64,000 nucleotides of DNA from Ignavibacteriota bacterium (lineage in GTDB: Bacteria; Bacteroidota; Ignavibacteria; UBA10030): assembly GCA_963701295.1 (NCBI GenBank), contig OY969585.1, positions 3,200,001-3,264,000 of the forward strand, given 5' to 3'. Numbering within the stretch: the stretch's first letter is position 1; each line of letters begins with the position of its first letter. Under the pieces are notes generated by a model. That model saw only the letters and a program-made list of their open reading frames with translations. It was not told where the DNA came from and did no database searches. Below, piece by piece: positions 42,526 through 53,067 of this stretch. The position numbers were made by a program, and so were the translations under genes.

Positions 42526-42551
42526 TTTTTTTCGTTCAATGTTGTGAACGT

Positions 42552-42581
42552 AAAAAATCCCGCCACTCAGCGGGATTTTTT
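42552..42581 (+). terminator. Intrinsic (bidirectional-type) terminator
   Basis: AAAAAATCCCGC-cactca-GCGGGATTTTTT. Confidence 0.85.
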
Positions 42582-42661
42582 GTCAGTCGCCATGAGACAA
42601 TGACCGTTATCGGCGTGTTTCGAAATATCTTTGAACTCATCAGGAATCTCGAAATTAAACG

Positions 42662-43285
42662 ATGAAATTCTTTTCTCCACCAAACCAATTGACATTTCTG
42701 AGAATTTTGCTCACACCGGTGTTCCTTGTCTTTTTGTTCTCTCCATATCCAATAATACGTCAGTGGTCGCTTGTTGTGTTCATCCTTGCTGCCATCACCG
42801 ATTGGTACGACGGATGGGTCGCGCGACGCTGGGGATACGTAACGCGCTGGGGCACATTCTTTGACCCGCTTGCAGATAAAGTAGTCACTTCAGCGGCTCT
42901 CATTGCATATATCTATCTCGGTTTAGTTGCAGGATGGATGGTATGGATTATCGTCATTCGCGATGCCATCATTACACTTCTCCGTTCCTATGCAGAATAC
43001 AAAGGCAAACCGGTCGAGACATCTAAGCTTGCCAAAATAAAAACGTTCGTGCAGTTCGTTATCATCTGCTATTTACTCATCCTGTACGTTGCCCAGAATA
43101 CACAATCGCTCCGCGAGAACTATGGTGAACTCATTCATACCCTTCTCAATTATTCACTTATCTATTCAATGATGATCATTGTTACAACTCTCACGCTTTG
43201 GACCGGTATCTCCCATATCATTGTTAATTGGAAAACTATCCAGGAACTCTATGGTTCGTCTGATAAAGCCACGCAAACAGATTAG
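42662..43285 (+). CDS. pgsA: CDP-diacylglycerol--glycerol-3-phosphate phosphatidyltransferase
   Basis: PNQLTFLR, DWYDGWVAR..G.FFDPLADK. Confidence 0.92.
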   Translation: MKFFSPPNQLTFLRILLTPVFLVFLFSPYPIIRQWSLVVFILAAITDWYDGWVARRWGYVTRWGTFFDPLADKVVTSAALIAYIYLGLVAGWMVWIIVIRDAIITLLRSYAEYKGKPVETSKLAKIKTFVQFVIICYLLILYVAQNTQSLRENYGELIHTLLNYSLIYSMMIIVTTLTLWTGISHIIVNWKTIQELYGSSDKATQTD

Positions 43286-43772
43286 TTCTTCATCGGGCCC
43301 CGAACCCTCGCTGCCGATAAAATTGTTTGCATCCGGATTATATACCGGGTATGTTCCTGCCGCTTCCGGTACTCTCGGCAGCGCGATAGCAGTAGCGTTC
43401 TACTTCATCCCTGGATTCGAGTCACCGCTCATCCTCAGTTTCGTTCTCCTCCTTGTGTTTGGATTAGGCATCAGAGCTTCATCGATTATGGAAAAACGGT
43501 ACGGACACGACCCCGCTGAAGTGACCATCGATGAAGTAGTGGGGATGTGGATAACGCTTTTCGTTCTTCCAAAAGCACTATTGGTTGTACTTGCCGCTTT
43601 TTTTGTTTTTCGCTTCTTCGATATTATCAAACCCATCCCTGCTCGCAAGTTTGACACTATGCATGGCGGGTTTGGCATTATGATGGACGATGTCGTTGCT
43701 GGCATCTATGCAAATATAACAATGCAGCTTCTATTGCTTATTCCGTTTATCAAAAAACTTCTTTTGAGGTAG
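43251..43772 (+). CDS. pgpA: Phosphatidylglycerophosphatase A
   Basis: ASGTLGS, HDPAEVTIDEVVGM, FRFFDIIKP, GFGIMMDDVVAG. Confidence 0.92.
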   Translation: MVRLIKPRKQISSSSGPEPSLPIKLFASGLYTGYVPAASGTLGSAIAVAFYFIPGFESPLILSFVLLLVFGLGIRASSIMEKRYGHDPAEVTIDEVVGMWITLFVLPKALLVVLAAFFVFRFFDIIKPIPARKFDTMHGGFGIMMDDVVAGIYANITMQLLLLIPFIKKLLLR

Positions 43773-43778
43773 AATACT

Positions 43779-45035
43779 TTGAAAGCGGAAATCATTTCTA
43801 TCGGCGATGAACTCCTTATTGGGCAAGTCATAAATTCCAATCAAGCCTTCATCGCTGAAAAACTGAATTCCGTCGGCGTCTTTGCCGACCGAATGACGAC
43901 GGTGGGAGACGATGAAAAAGAAATTCTTGACGCATTCCAAAAAGCATTCACAACACATGATGTCGTTACCGTTACCGGCGGACTTGGCCCTACACACGAC
44001 GACATCACTCGCGCGGTTACTTGCAAGTTCTTCAATACCGATCTTGTGCTCAACGATGAAGCGCTCGAGAATGTGAAACGAATCTTTGCCCGGCTCAGCG
44101 CGCCGCCGCGGAAAGTAAACGAAGATCAAGCACTCGTACCTCGCGGTTGTATTGTCATCCAAAACCGCCTTGGCACTGCACCAGGGTACTTCTTCGATCG
44201 TGATGGCAAATTCTTTTTTATCATGCCTGGTGTTCCCTATGAAATGAAGGCGATGATGGGCGACTATGTCCTCCCGTTTCTCAAAAAACAAAATACGGGA
44301 CTGGTCATTCGTCACCTCACTTTAAAAACTACGGGTATTGCAGAATCATTTCTTGCTGAACAAATTGGAGATGTGAAAAATCTTTTCGCAGAGGATTCCG
44401 GCATTACTCTCGCGTTTCTGCCAAGTCCGCTTGGTGTGCGTCTGCGCATTACGGCTAAAGCGAAATCTGTTGATGAAGTTGAACAGAATATTCGGGATGT
44501 CGAGTCAAAACTGCGCAGCAAAGCAGGGAAGTATATCTACGCAAGCGGCGATAAAGAGTTAGAAAAGGTCGTCGGCACATTATTGAAAGAACAAAAGTTC
44601 ACACTCGCCGTCGCGGAATCATGCACCGGCGGGTTGATGGCCGACCGAATAACAAATATTTCCGGAAGTTCAGAGTATTTCGAACGCGGAATGATCACTT
44701 ACAGCAACAAATCCAAAATACAGGAACTCGGTGTTCCATCCGACTTCATCAAACAATATGGTGCTGTAAGCCGTCAAGTTGCTGAGGCGATGGCGTTTGG
44801 CATTCGCACAAAATCTAATGCTGACATCGGAATTTCTACAACCGGCATCGCAGGTCCAACAGGCGCCTCTGCAAAAAAACCCGTCGGACTTGTGTGGATT
44901 GGATATTCGGATAAAAATGAAACATTCGCGCTACAGTTCAATTTTGGCGGAGAACGCAGAATCATCAAAGAACGAGCTGCACAAGCTGCATTGGAGTTAG
45001 TAAGACGGAAAATATTGAGAATCTCCGAGCAATAA
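43779..45035 (+). CDS. cinA: Competence/damage-inducible protein A (MoCF-biosynthesis + NMN deamidase domains)
   Basis: IGDELLIG, GGLGPTHDDIT, PGVPYEM, AESCTGG, TGIAGP. Confidence 0.93.
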   Translation: MKAEIISIGDELLIGQVINSNQAFIAEKLNSVGVFADRMTTVGDDEKEILDAFQKAFTTHDVVTVTGGLGPTHDDITRAVTCKFFNTDLVLNDEALENVKRIFARLSAPPRKVNEDQALVPRGCIVIQNRLGTAPGYFFDRDGKFFFIMPGVPYEMKAMMGDYVLPFLKKQNTGLVIRHLTLKTTGIAESFLAEQIGDVKNLFAEDSGITLAFLPSPLGVRLRITAKAKSVDEVEQNIRDVESKLRSKAGKYIYASGDKELEKVVGTLLKEQKFTLAVAESCTGGLMADRITNISGSSEYFERGMITYSNKSKIQELGVPSDFIKQYGAVSRQVAEAMAFGIRTKSNADIGISTTGIAGPTGASAKKPVGLVWIGYSDKNETFALQFNFGGERRIIKERAAQAALELVRRKILRISEQ

Positions 45036-45036
45036 C

Positions 45037-45600
45037 ATGTCTGCCATCCGCACATTCATTGCCCTCCCCGCTTCAAGTGATGTTCAACAGCAAATGACGG
45101 TTGTGCAATCCGAGCTGAAAGCATCACAAGCAGATGTGAAGTGGGAGCTGCAGGATAAATTTCATATTACTTTAAAATTTTTAGGGAGTGTTGAACTGTC
45201 GAACATCGAATCACTCTCGTCGGCACTCGCAGGTATGGTAAAGCAAATTCCGGCTTTCGAACTCATGTATAATTCACTCGGCGTTTTTCCAAATCTTCAT
45301 AATCCACGCGTGATTTGGATTGGCACGAAATCCAATCAGGTGGTGCTCGATCTGCAATCGAGCGTAGAGCGAGTGTGCTCGGATTTCGGCTTCCAGAAAG
45401 AAGAACGCGCTTTTCATCCGCATATTACATTTGGCAGAGTGAAAGGAACACGCAATCTTACACGCTTGACTGAAGCGATAAAAACCGTTACTTTTGAACC
45501 AATGCAATCACGATGTTCTGAATTGTTGTTGATGAAAAGCGACCTTCGACCGAGCGGTTCCATCTATACAATTTTGAAATCATTTCCTCTTCAACCTTAA
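45037..45600 (+). CDS. thpR: RNA 2',3'-cyclic phosphodiesterase (2H)
   Basis: [23 protein letters not shown]. Confidence 0.9.
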   Translation: MSAIRTFIALPASSDVQQQMTVVQSELKASQADVKWELQDKFHITLKFLGSVELSNIESLSSALAGMVKQIPAFELMYNSLGVFPNLHNPRVIWIGTKSNQVVLDLQSSVERVCSDFGFQKEERAFHPHITFGRVKGTRNLTRLTEAIKTVTFEPMQSRCSELLLMKSDLRPSGSIYTILKSFPLQP

Positions 45601-45613
45601 AAGGGAGAGCTCT

Positions 45614-46696
45614 ATGTCTGAAAACAATAAAGAAGCAAAACTGGCAGCACTTAAAATTGCCATCGACCAAATCGAGAAACAGCACGGCAAAGGATCCATC
45701 ATGCGATTGAATGAAGGGCCGATTGCCAAAATTGATGCGATCTCCACAGGTTCCATTTCATTGGATGCCGCATTGGGTATCGGCGGTGTGCCGCGCGGAC
45801 GGGTGATTGAAATCTACGGCCCGGAATCTTCCGGTAAAACGACCATCTGTTTGCACATCATTGCCGAAGCACAGAAGTCCGGCGGCTTAGCGGCATTCAT
45901 CGACACCGAGCATGCGATGGACATTGCTTATGCCAAGAAGTTAGGCGTTGATGTGAACAATCTCCTTCTCTCCCAACCCGAGTTTGGCGAGCAAGCGCTC
46001 GAAATTGTAGAGACGTTAGTTCGCAGCAATGCAATCGATATCATCGTTATTGATTCAGTTGCTGCGTTGACACCGCGTGCTGAAATTGAAGGCGAGATGG
46101 GTGATCCTACAATGGGTGTTCAAGCGCGGTTAATGTCGCAGGCGCTGCGTAAACTCACATCCGCAATCAGCAAATCCAAAACATCAGTGATGTTTACAAA
46201 TCAACTCCGCCAGAAAATCGGCGTGATGTTCGGGAATCCTGAGACCACGACCGGCGGCAATGCATTGAAATTCTATGCGTCCGTGCGATTGGATATCCGC
46301 CGCATCGAAGCGATTAAAGATGGAACCAATGTCATCGGCAATCGCACGCGTGTAAAAGTAGTCAAGAACAAAGTGGCGCCGCCATTCAAGGAAGCGCAAT
46401 TTGATATTCTGTACAATGAAGGCATTTCCAAACTCGGCGATTTGATTGACACTGCTGTCGAACTCAATGTCATAGTAAAAAGCGGCTCGTGGTTCTCCTA
46501 TAAAGATGACCGCATCGGACAAGGGCGCGATTCGGTTAAAACGTTCCTTCAAGCCAATCCGAATATTGCGAAAGAAATTGATACTGAACTTCGCAGGAAA
46601 CTCGGACTCTTGCCCGCGGAACCGACTCCCGCTCATGTAAAAGCAGATAAAGCGGAAAAGGCAGAAGGACCAGCGCCAGCAATGAAGAAAAAGTAA
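45614..46696 (+). CDS. recA: Recombinase RecA
   Basis: [34 protein letters not shown]. Confidence 0.99.
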   Translation: MSENNKEAKLAALKIAIDQIEKQHGKGSIMRLNEGPIAKIDAISTGSISLDAALGIGGVPRGRVIEIYGPESSGKTTICLHIIAEAQKSGGLAAFIDTEHAMDIAYAKKLGVDVNNLLLSQPEFGEQALEIVETLVRSNAIDIIVIDSVAALTPRAEIEGEMGDPTMGVQARLMSQALRKLTSAISKSKTSVMFTNQLRQKIGVMFGNPETTTGGNALKFYASVRLDIRRIEAIKDGTNVIGNRTRVKVVKNKVAPPFKEAQFDILYNEGISKLGDLIDTAVELNVIVKSGSWFSYKDDRIGQGRDSVKTFLQANPNIAKEIDTELRRKLGLLPAEPTPAHVKADKAEKAEGPAPAMKKK

Positions 46697-46835
46697 AAGG
46701 GAGTCGCAAACTTCCGCCAAAAAAAGGCGGACAAGTTAGCTTGTGGTTTTGGCATATTTCAAAACTATTTTGGACAGCGGTGAAAATTTATCTCAAATGA
46801 CAAAATGAAATAATTCTGAAGAAAGAAGGTAAATA

Positions 46836-47357
46836 GTGAACATATTTGGAAAAAAGGAAATTGATAATAAGAAAGATGAATTATACGAAGCCGTAGAGAA
46901 TAACGATATTGATAAAATTAAACAGTTATTAAGTAAGGGTGCTGATATAAATAAAAAATATATCATGGGAGAAACTGTTGTAACTGTTTTAAAAATTGCA
47001 GCAAATAAGGGTAATTTTGAAATAGTACAATTATTAATTGAAAATGGTGTTGATATAAATGCTGAAACGGGTAAAGGTGAGTCTGCATTAGCGAGATCAG
47101 TAAATATGAAAAATTATAACGTTACAGAATTGCTAATTAATAATGGCGCTGATATAAATATTAAAAGCAGTTCTGGTTCAACCCTATTAATGGATGCAGC
47201 AAGAAATGGAGATTTAAATACTGTTAAATTATTAGTAGAAAAAGGTATCGAAATAAATACAAGACAAGAACAAGGATTTACAGCGTTAAGATGGGCAAAA
47301 GGAATGAACAGATATGATGTGATTGATTATTTGCAATCTAAAGGAGCTATTATCTAA
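46836..47357 (+). CDS. Ankyrin-repeat protein (AT-rich islet)
   Basis: Repeated L..AA..G....V.LL...G.DIN units. Confidence 0.88.
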   Translation: MNIFGKKEIDNKKDELYEAVENNDIDKIKQLLSKGADINKKYIMGETVVTVLKIAANKGNFEIVQLLIENGVDINAETGKGESALARSVNMKNYNVTELLINNGADINIKSSSGSTLLMDAARNGDLNTVKLLVEKGIEINTRQEQGFTALRWAKGMNRYDVIDYLQSKGAII

Positions 47358-47391
47358 TACTACTAACTTAATTATAGGGGAGGAAACTAAA

Positions 47392-47652
47392 ATGAACATT
47401 TTCAGCAGTTTATTCGGTAGAAATAGAAATACGAGTAGGGATATTTCTAATTCTGATAATTCCAGAGAAATAGAATTTGTTATTCCTTGTGGAATTTGTG
47501 GTTATAAAACGAATGTAAGAGTTGTAATTGATTGGGTAGGTAATATTTTATCGGGAGAAGGTAAGAATCACAGATTTCTTTGTCTCAATTGTAATAAGTA
47601 TTTTTTAGTTGATAAGGAATCGTTGAAGCAGTATACAAATAGATTTGTTTAA
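47392..47652 (+). CDS. Small Zn-ribbon-like protein (CxxC...CxxC)
   Basis: GGAGG SD, MNIFSSLFG start, CGIC and CLNC. Confidence 0.6.
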   Translation: MNIFSSLFGRNRNTSRDISNSDNSREIEFVIPCGICGYKTNVRVVIDWVGNILSGEGKNHRFLCLNCNKYFLVDKESLKQYTNRFV

Positions 47653-47698
47653 AGAATTGCTGAAAAGAATATTGAGATAATATTACTGATTTACTACT

Positions 47699-48337
47699 TT
47701 GATCATTACAAAAATTCAACGGATACGTGGGAAGCGTGCACAGTACGGTGTGTACCTTGATGGATCGCTCGCATTACAGTTGAGTGACTGGACGATCGGG
47801 AAGTTTGGCATGCGCACTGGCGATGATCTGGATGAGCAGACGGTCGATACACTCAAGTCGGCAGAAGCAGAATCACGGGCAAAGAATATCGCCATCAACT
47901 ATTTATCGTATCGGCCGAGAAGCTCGAAAGAAATCACTTTCCATTTGACGAAGAAAGGATTTAAGCACGAGTGCGCTGAAAACGTGACCCGGTATCTTCA
48001 ATCGATAAAAATGATCGACGATAACAAATTTGCGCACGCCTTCGTGCGAGACAGCTTGAAAAGAAAGCCGACGGGTCAGGCTCTGCTGCGTCAGCAGTTA
48101 TTGGCAAAAGGAATTTCGTCTGCAATGGCGGATACGGTTCTTGCAGAACTTGTTTCACCGCAGAGCCAGCAGGCATCGGCACTTCAGGCGGCAAAACGAA
48201 AAATACAATTGACGCAGCATGTAACAAAAAAGATTGACACAGAAAAACGAAAGAAACGCATTCTCGACTTCCTCCTGCGCCGGGGTTTTTCGTATGAAAT
48301 TGCATTAAAAACTATTCACACCACACTGGATCACTAA
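47699..48337 (+). CDS. recX: Regulatory protein RecX
   Basis: AINYLSYRPRSSKE, IDDNKFA, LLRRGFSY. Confidence 0.9.
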   Translation: MIITKIQRIRGKRAQYGVYLDGSLALQLSDWTIGKFGMRTGDDLDEQTVDTLKSAEAESRAKNIAINYLSYRPRSSKEITFHLTKKGFKHECAENVTRYLQSIKMIDDNKFAHAFVRDSLKRKPTGQALLRQQLLAKGISSAMADTVLAELVSPQSQQASALQAAKRKIQLTQHVTKKIDTEKRKKRILDFLLRRGFSYEIALKTIHTTLDH

Positions 48338-48340
48338 CCG

Positions 48341-49390
48341 ATGCAACTGTCTCATTCAATTTCCAACAAACCGTTTATAAAAGTTGTTGTTATTGTCGGG
48401 TTGATTATTCTTGGCTTCTGGATTGCATCTTTCTTCCCCGACCTCGTTCTCACACTCATCGTCTCAACTCTTACAGCGTTCATTTTAAAACCACTCGTCC
48501 GGTTTCTGGAATTTCGATTTGGTCTAAAGCGCTGGTTCGCCATCACAGTGGTTTTTTTACTAGTCGGCGGAATGGCCCTATTCATACTCATAGAGACTAT
48601 TCCCCTCTTACTAAGTCGTATCCGCTTGATGTATGAACAGCTGAAAAATTTCCCCTTTGAGGCAAAACTCACTCTCATGGCAAAGGAAATGTCAGCTCAT
48701 ATTCCGTTTGTAGATCCCTCAACCATTGGATATAAAGTTCATACATTTGTGCAACAGTTGCTTGATTCTCTTGGCGAAACGACCGAAACTGTGGCTTCCT
48801 ATCTGGTGAATCTTCTCATTATTCCCTTCATCACTTATTTCATCCTTGCAGAGGGAGACATCGGATTAAAAAAATTTGTGGAAAGAATCCCCAATAAGTA
48901 TTTTGAGATGTCGCTCAATATCATGGATAAATTACAACGAGAGCTTGTTTCGTACTTACGGGGATTGATCCTTGAATGCAGCATCGTCGGCGGACTGTCT
49001 ATGATTGGATTTATGATTATTGGTGTTCCGTACGCTATCGTTATTGGAGTACTTACAGGAATCGCGAATCTCGTTCCGTATCTGGGTTTCATTACTGGTG
49101 CAGGCATTGCCCTTATCGCATCATTGACACAGACAGGCGATTTCCGCATGCTGGTTCCGATTGTCATTCTTACTGCGGTCGTCCGACTCATCGACGATCT
49201 TATTTTGCAGCCCCTCTGTTTTGGTAAATCTTTAGATATGCATCCGGTGGCTGTTGTGCTTACACTTATTATCGGCCATCAACTGATGGGAGTTGCAGGA
49301 ATGGTCATCTCTATTCCCATTGCAACGATTCTCCGCGTCTCTGCAAAAGAAACATATTGGGGATTGAAGCACTACACCATTTCGGCATAA
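48341..49390 (+). CDS. AI-2E family transporter
   Basis: AFILKPLV, YLRG, NLVPYLG, LDMHPV, ISIP. Confidence 0.88.
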   Translation: MQLSHSISNKPFIKVVVIVGLIILGFWIASFFPDLVLTLIVSTLTAFILKPLVRFLEFRFGLKRWFAITVVFLLVGGMALFILIETIPLLLSRIRLMYEQLKNFPFEAKLTLMAKEMSAHIPFVDPSTIGYKVHTFVQQLLDSLGETTETVASYLVNLLIIPFITYFILAEGDIGLKKFVERIPNKYFEMSLNIMDKLQRELVSYLRGLILECSIVGGLSMIGFMIIGVPYAIVIGVLTGIANLVPYLGFITGAGIALIASLTQTGDFRMLVPIVILTAVVRLIDDLILQPLCFGKSLDMHPVAVVLTLIIGHQLMGVAGMVISIPIATILRVSAKETYWGLKHYTISA

Positions 49391-49396
49391 GGCATC

Positions 49397-50464
49397 ATGT
49401 CCACTGTATCCATGCAACTGACAAAGACGAAATCCAACCGACCGTTGGTGAAGGTTCTCTTCCTTCTGAGCATCATTGTTGCTGCGTTTTGGATCGCTTC
49501 CTTCTTTCCAGATCTTATTCTTACACTCATCCTCTCTCTCTTCTTAGCATTCATTCTTCGCCCGTACGTTTTTTTTCTTGAGTTCCGGCTCGGTATCCGC
49601 AGAATGTATTCTGTCGTCATTATCTTCCTTCTCATTGGCGGGATATTGGTTCTTGGCGGTGTCGTGCTCGTACCGATTGCCATCGAACGGTTGAAAGTGC
49701 TGTATGACAGTTTCAAGAATTTTCCCCTCGACCAAAAGCTGAACGAAGCCGCTATGAATATAACATCCGGTATTCCGTTCTTAAACCCAGAGATCGTTAC
49801 AAGGAAAGTTCACGAATTTATTCAAAGCGGATTGCAATCGCTCAACGATATACTGGCTTCTGCCGCCGGATTTCTTGTGAATCTCGTCATCATTCCCTTC
49901 CTTACATTTTTTATTCTTGCGGAAGGCGACACGGCATTTAAGAGAACCATCGAGCGTATACCGAATAAATATTTTGAAATGACTCTGAACGTACTGCATA
50001 AAATTCAATTGGAGCTTGTCGGATATTTACGTGGTTGGATTCTTGATTCCCTTATTGTCGGCATGCTGAATATCATCGGGTTCTACATCATCGGCGTCCA
50101 TTACGCAATCCTTCTCGGTATTTTTGCGGGAATATGTAATCTCATCCCCTATGTCGGGCCGTTCTTCGGCGTGGTTCCTGCACTTCTGATTTCCCTGACA
50201 CAATATGGAGATTTTAGGCAGGCATTTTTAATTCTCGCGGTAACATTGATGCTTGTACAACTGCTCGATAACGTTCTTATTCAACCTCTTTGCTTTTCGA
50301 AGACGGTCGATATGCATCCCGTCACCGTGATCATCGTATTGATTATTGGGAATTCTTTAATGGGAATTTCCGGAATGCTGCTCGCTATTCCTCTTGCGAC
50401 GATTCTTATGGTGTCCGCTGTTGAAACGTATTGGGGATTGAAGAATTATCAGATCACCGCATAA
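49397..50464 (+). CDS. AI-2E family transporter (tandem paralogue)
   Basis: AFILRPYV, NLIPYVGP, VDMHPV, LLAIP. Confidence 0.88.
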   Translation: MSTVSMQLTKTKSNRPLVKVLFLLSIIVAAFWIASFFPDLILTLILSLFLAFILRPYVFFLEFRLGIRRMYSVVIIFLLIGGILVLGGVVLVPIAIERLKVLYDSFKNFPLDQKLNEAAMNITSGIPFLNPEIVTRKVHEFIQSGLQSLNDILASAAGFLVNLVIIPFLTFFILAEGDTAFKRTIERIPNKYFEMTLNVLHKIQLELVGYLRGWILDSLIVGMLNIIGFYIIGVHYAILLGIFAGICNLIPYVGPFFGVVPALLISLTQYGDFRQAFLILAVTLMLVQLLDNVLIQPLCFSKTVDMHPVTVIIVLIIGNSLMGISGMLLAIPLATILMVSAVETYWGLKNYQITA

Positions 50465-50484
50465 CCATTTTATCGGAGGGACCT

Positions 50485-51153
50485 ATGGCAAAGGTTGTTT
50501 TTGATATTGAAACGCTTGGATATCCGCTTGAGTCTTTTGATGAAGCACAGCAAAAATATCTTCTCAAGTTTTCAGAAACGGAAGCCGAGCGCGAAGAAGC
50601 GATTCAGAAACTCAGCCTCTATCCTACCACAGCACAGGTCATCGCCATTGGATTATTGAACCCGGAAACTGGCCGCGGAAAAATTCTTTTTCAGGCAAAC
50701 GAGCCTTTGAATTATTCATCCGATGATGGTGCAATTCAATTTGTGACGGGAACTGAAAAGGAAATCCTTGAACAATTCTGGCAAAATATTGCGCATTACG
50801 ATCAATTCATTACATTTAACGGGCGCGGATTTGATTGCCCATTTTTGATGCTTCGCTCAGCTATCCTGCAAGTGCAGCCCACACGCAACCTGATGCCCTA
50901 CCGTTATGACGCTTCCATTCACTGCGATTTGTTAGAACAGTTCACATTCTATAATGCCTTTCGCAAGTTTAATTTAGATTTTTATTGCAAGTCTTTCGGT
51001 ATTGAAAGCCCAAAAGCACACGGCATTACAGGACTGGATATGAAACAGTTGTTTGAAGAAAAAAAATATCGCGAAATTGCGGAATATAATCTTGGCGACT
51101 TAAAAGCTACAACGGAACTATTTAAAAGATGGGAGAAGTTTTTAAATGTTTAA
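50485..51153 (+). CDS. 3'-5' exonuclease, PolB/RNase H-like stand-alone
   Basis: FDIET (ExoI), TFNGRGFDCP (ExoII), YNLGD (ExoIII). Confidence 0.85.
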   Translation: MAKVVFDIETLGYPLESFDEAQQKYLLKFSETEAEREEAIQKLSLYPTTAQVIAIGLLNPETGRGKILFQANEPLNYSSDDGAIQFVTGTEKEILEQFWQNIAHYDQFITFNGRGFDCPFLMLRSAILQVQPTRNLMPYRYDASIHCDLLEQFTFYNAFRKFNLDFYCKSFGIESPKAHGITGLDMKQLFEEKKYREIAEYNLGDLKATTELFKRWEKFLNV

Positions 51154-51195
51154 ATCCTACGCAACATACTCTATCACTATCTCACGAGGAAAATA

Positions 51196-52650
51196 ATGAA
51201 AAACATCTTGATAACATTTGCAGCCATTTTGCTTCTTGCACCAGCATCACGTGCGCAGTGGACTAATTGGCAGTCAGCGGAGTTTGAAATAGGACAACCA
51301 GATTTCACAACTGCTACTCCTGCCCGCTCAGCAACTGGTATGTGTAGTCCCTATTCGGTCGCCATTGACCTGCAACATTCAAAAATATATGTTGGTGATG
51401 TGGGCAATAATTGTATTCTCAGGTTTGCATACCCCATCACAGGGAATCAGCCGACAGCCGAATTAGTCTTCGGTCAACCAAATTTCACATCCGACAGCGC
51501 ACAGGATTATTATATGAGGTGGGGGTGGTGGCCTAACCCGACGGCAAGGCAAATTCTGGGTCCAAGTGCAATGGTTGTTTATAATGGAGATCTCTGGGTG
51601 TTAGATAATGATAATAACCGCGTCGTAAGGTTCTCTCAAGCATACAGCATAGCAGGTAATAACCCCAGTGCCGATCTCGTTATTGGACAAACGACTTTTA
51701 CCACCAATAGCTCTGCTTGTACAAGAAATTCATTCTACGGGCCGTTGGGAATGACTATCGATGGTAATGGAAATCTCTGGGTCGCCGATGCAGGCAACGG
51801 CAGGATATTGCTCTTCAATAATGCTTCTGGCCTTTCCGACGGCGCCGATGCCAGCAGTGTTCTCGGGCAGGCTGATTTCATTACGGGTACTGTAACATCT
51901 TCCCCAACACAAAGTCAGTTTTGCAGCCCTTCTTCCATTTGTTTCGACGGAACGACTCTGTGGGTGTGCGACAAGCAGTTCAATAGAATTATGCGGTTCG
52001 ACAGCGCAGCGACAAAGCCTTATGGTGCAAACGCAGATGCTGTGTTGGGACAGAGCGATTTTATCAGCAGTACTACCGGAACGACTATGAGCACCTTCAA
52101 TCGCCCCTTTGGTGTTTGTGCGGATGGAAAAGGCAACCTCTATGTGACTGATCAGTCGAATAGCCGTACACTTATCTTTCTGAATGCGGCAGCCAAGTCG
52201 AACGGCGCCAATGCCGACAATGTCCTTCAGGAAGAAAGTTATAACGCAGCGAATCTCGCAGTTGATAATCCCAATGGAAAGCTATTCATCGCCGACCCCA
52301 TGGATTGCAGAGTTGTAGAGTTTGCAGCTTCAGGCGCACTACTGACAGACGTTGAACACAACGAGACACCGGCATTTTCCGGCGTGCCAAAGCAATTCCG
52401 GTTGTCCAACTATCCTAACCCTTTCAATCCTTCAACCACTATCTCGCTCTTTATTCCATACAGAAGTTCAGTGGTTGTAGAAGTATTTGATTTATTTGGA
52501 AGAACGATCAGGACTCTGATGAAGAAAGAAATGTCTCCAGGTAGTTGTGATGTGAAATTCGATGGAACATCTCTCCCAAGCGGTGTGTACTATTGCCGTC
52601 TGAAGGCAGGAAGTGTTGTCCAAACGCGGAAGCTTGTTCTTCTAAAATGA
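51196..52650 (+). CDS. NHL-repeat beta-propeller protein with T9SS type A sorting domain
   Basis: Repeated GQ.DF...P....D..N.R units; C-terminal NYPNPFNPST...SGVYYCRL...KLVLLK. Confidence 0.88.
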   Translation: MKNILITFAAILLLAPASRAQWTNWQSAEFEIGQPDFTTATPARSATGMCSPYSVAIDLQHSKIYVGDVGNNCILRFAYPITGNQPTAELVFGQPNFTSDSAQDYYMRWGWWPNPTARQILGPSAMVVYNGDLWVLDNDNNRVVRFSQAYSIAGNNPSADLVIGQTTFTTNSSACTRNSFYGPLGMTIDGNGNLWVADAGNGRILLFNNASGLSDGADASSVLGQADFITGTVTSSPTQSQFCSPSSICFDGTTLWVCDKQFNRIMRFDSAATKPYGANADAVLGQSDFISSTTGTTMSTFNRPFGVCADGKGNLYVTDQSNSRTLIFLNAAAKSNGANADNVLQEESYNAANLAVDNPNGKLFIADPMDCRVVEFAASGALLTDVEHNETPAFSGVPKQFRLSNYPNPFNPSTTISLFIPYRSSVVVEVFDLFGRTIRTLMKKEMSPGSCDVKFDGTSLPSGVYYCRLKAGSVVQTRKLVLLK

Positions 52651-52684
52651 GAATATTCCAGGAAGCCCGATGAGCGTTCGCCGG

Positions 52685-52882
52685 GCATTCCGTAAATTCA
52701 ATTTGGATTTCTACTGCAAGTCGTTCGGTATTGAAAGTCCGAAACAACATGGCATAACCGGATTGGATATGAAACAGTTGTACGAAGAAAAACGGTTTTG
52801 TGAAATTGCGAAATATAATCTTGGTGACTTGAAAGCAACCGCCGAGTTGTTCAGAAGATGGGAAAAGTTTTTGAGCGTTTGA
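52685..52882 (+). pseudogene. Diverged duplicate of the last 65 codons of the exonuclease gene (50956-51153)
   Basis: Manual alignment: 56/65 aa and about 156/198 nt identical, differences mostly at third codon positions. Confidence 0.92.
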
Positions 52883-52891
52883 ATATTTTCC

Positions 52892-53013
52892 TGTCATTGC
52901 GAACCTTTCTCAGTGAAGCAATCTGCACAACAAAGTATTCCAACGGTTCTCCGGTCTTTGCAGATTGCTTCGTCAGTTCCCTCACTTCGTTCGGGACAAG
53001 CCTCGCAATGACG
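52892..53013. repeat. GTCATTGCGA...TCGCAATGAC palindromic element (RPE/REP-like)
   Basis: Outer GTCATTGCGA/TCGCAATGAC and inner GAAGCAATCTGCA/TGCAGATTGCTTC inverted repeats. Confidence 0.8.
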
Positions 53014-53067
53014 GTTCCTTTTTTTTCATTTCGCAGAGAACATCGCTTCAAAAATATTTCATTTGCC

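Noticed and set aside
50956-52882. Diversity-generating retroelement TR/VR pair
   Set aside because: Mismatches are not adenine-specific but mainly synonymous third positions, and there is no reverse transcriptase in the window
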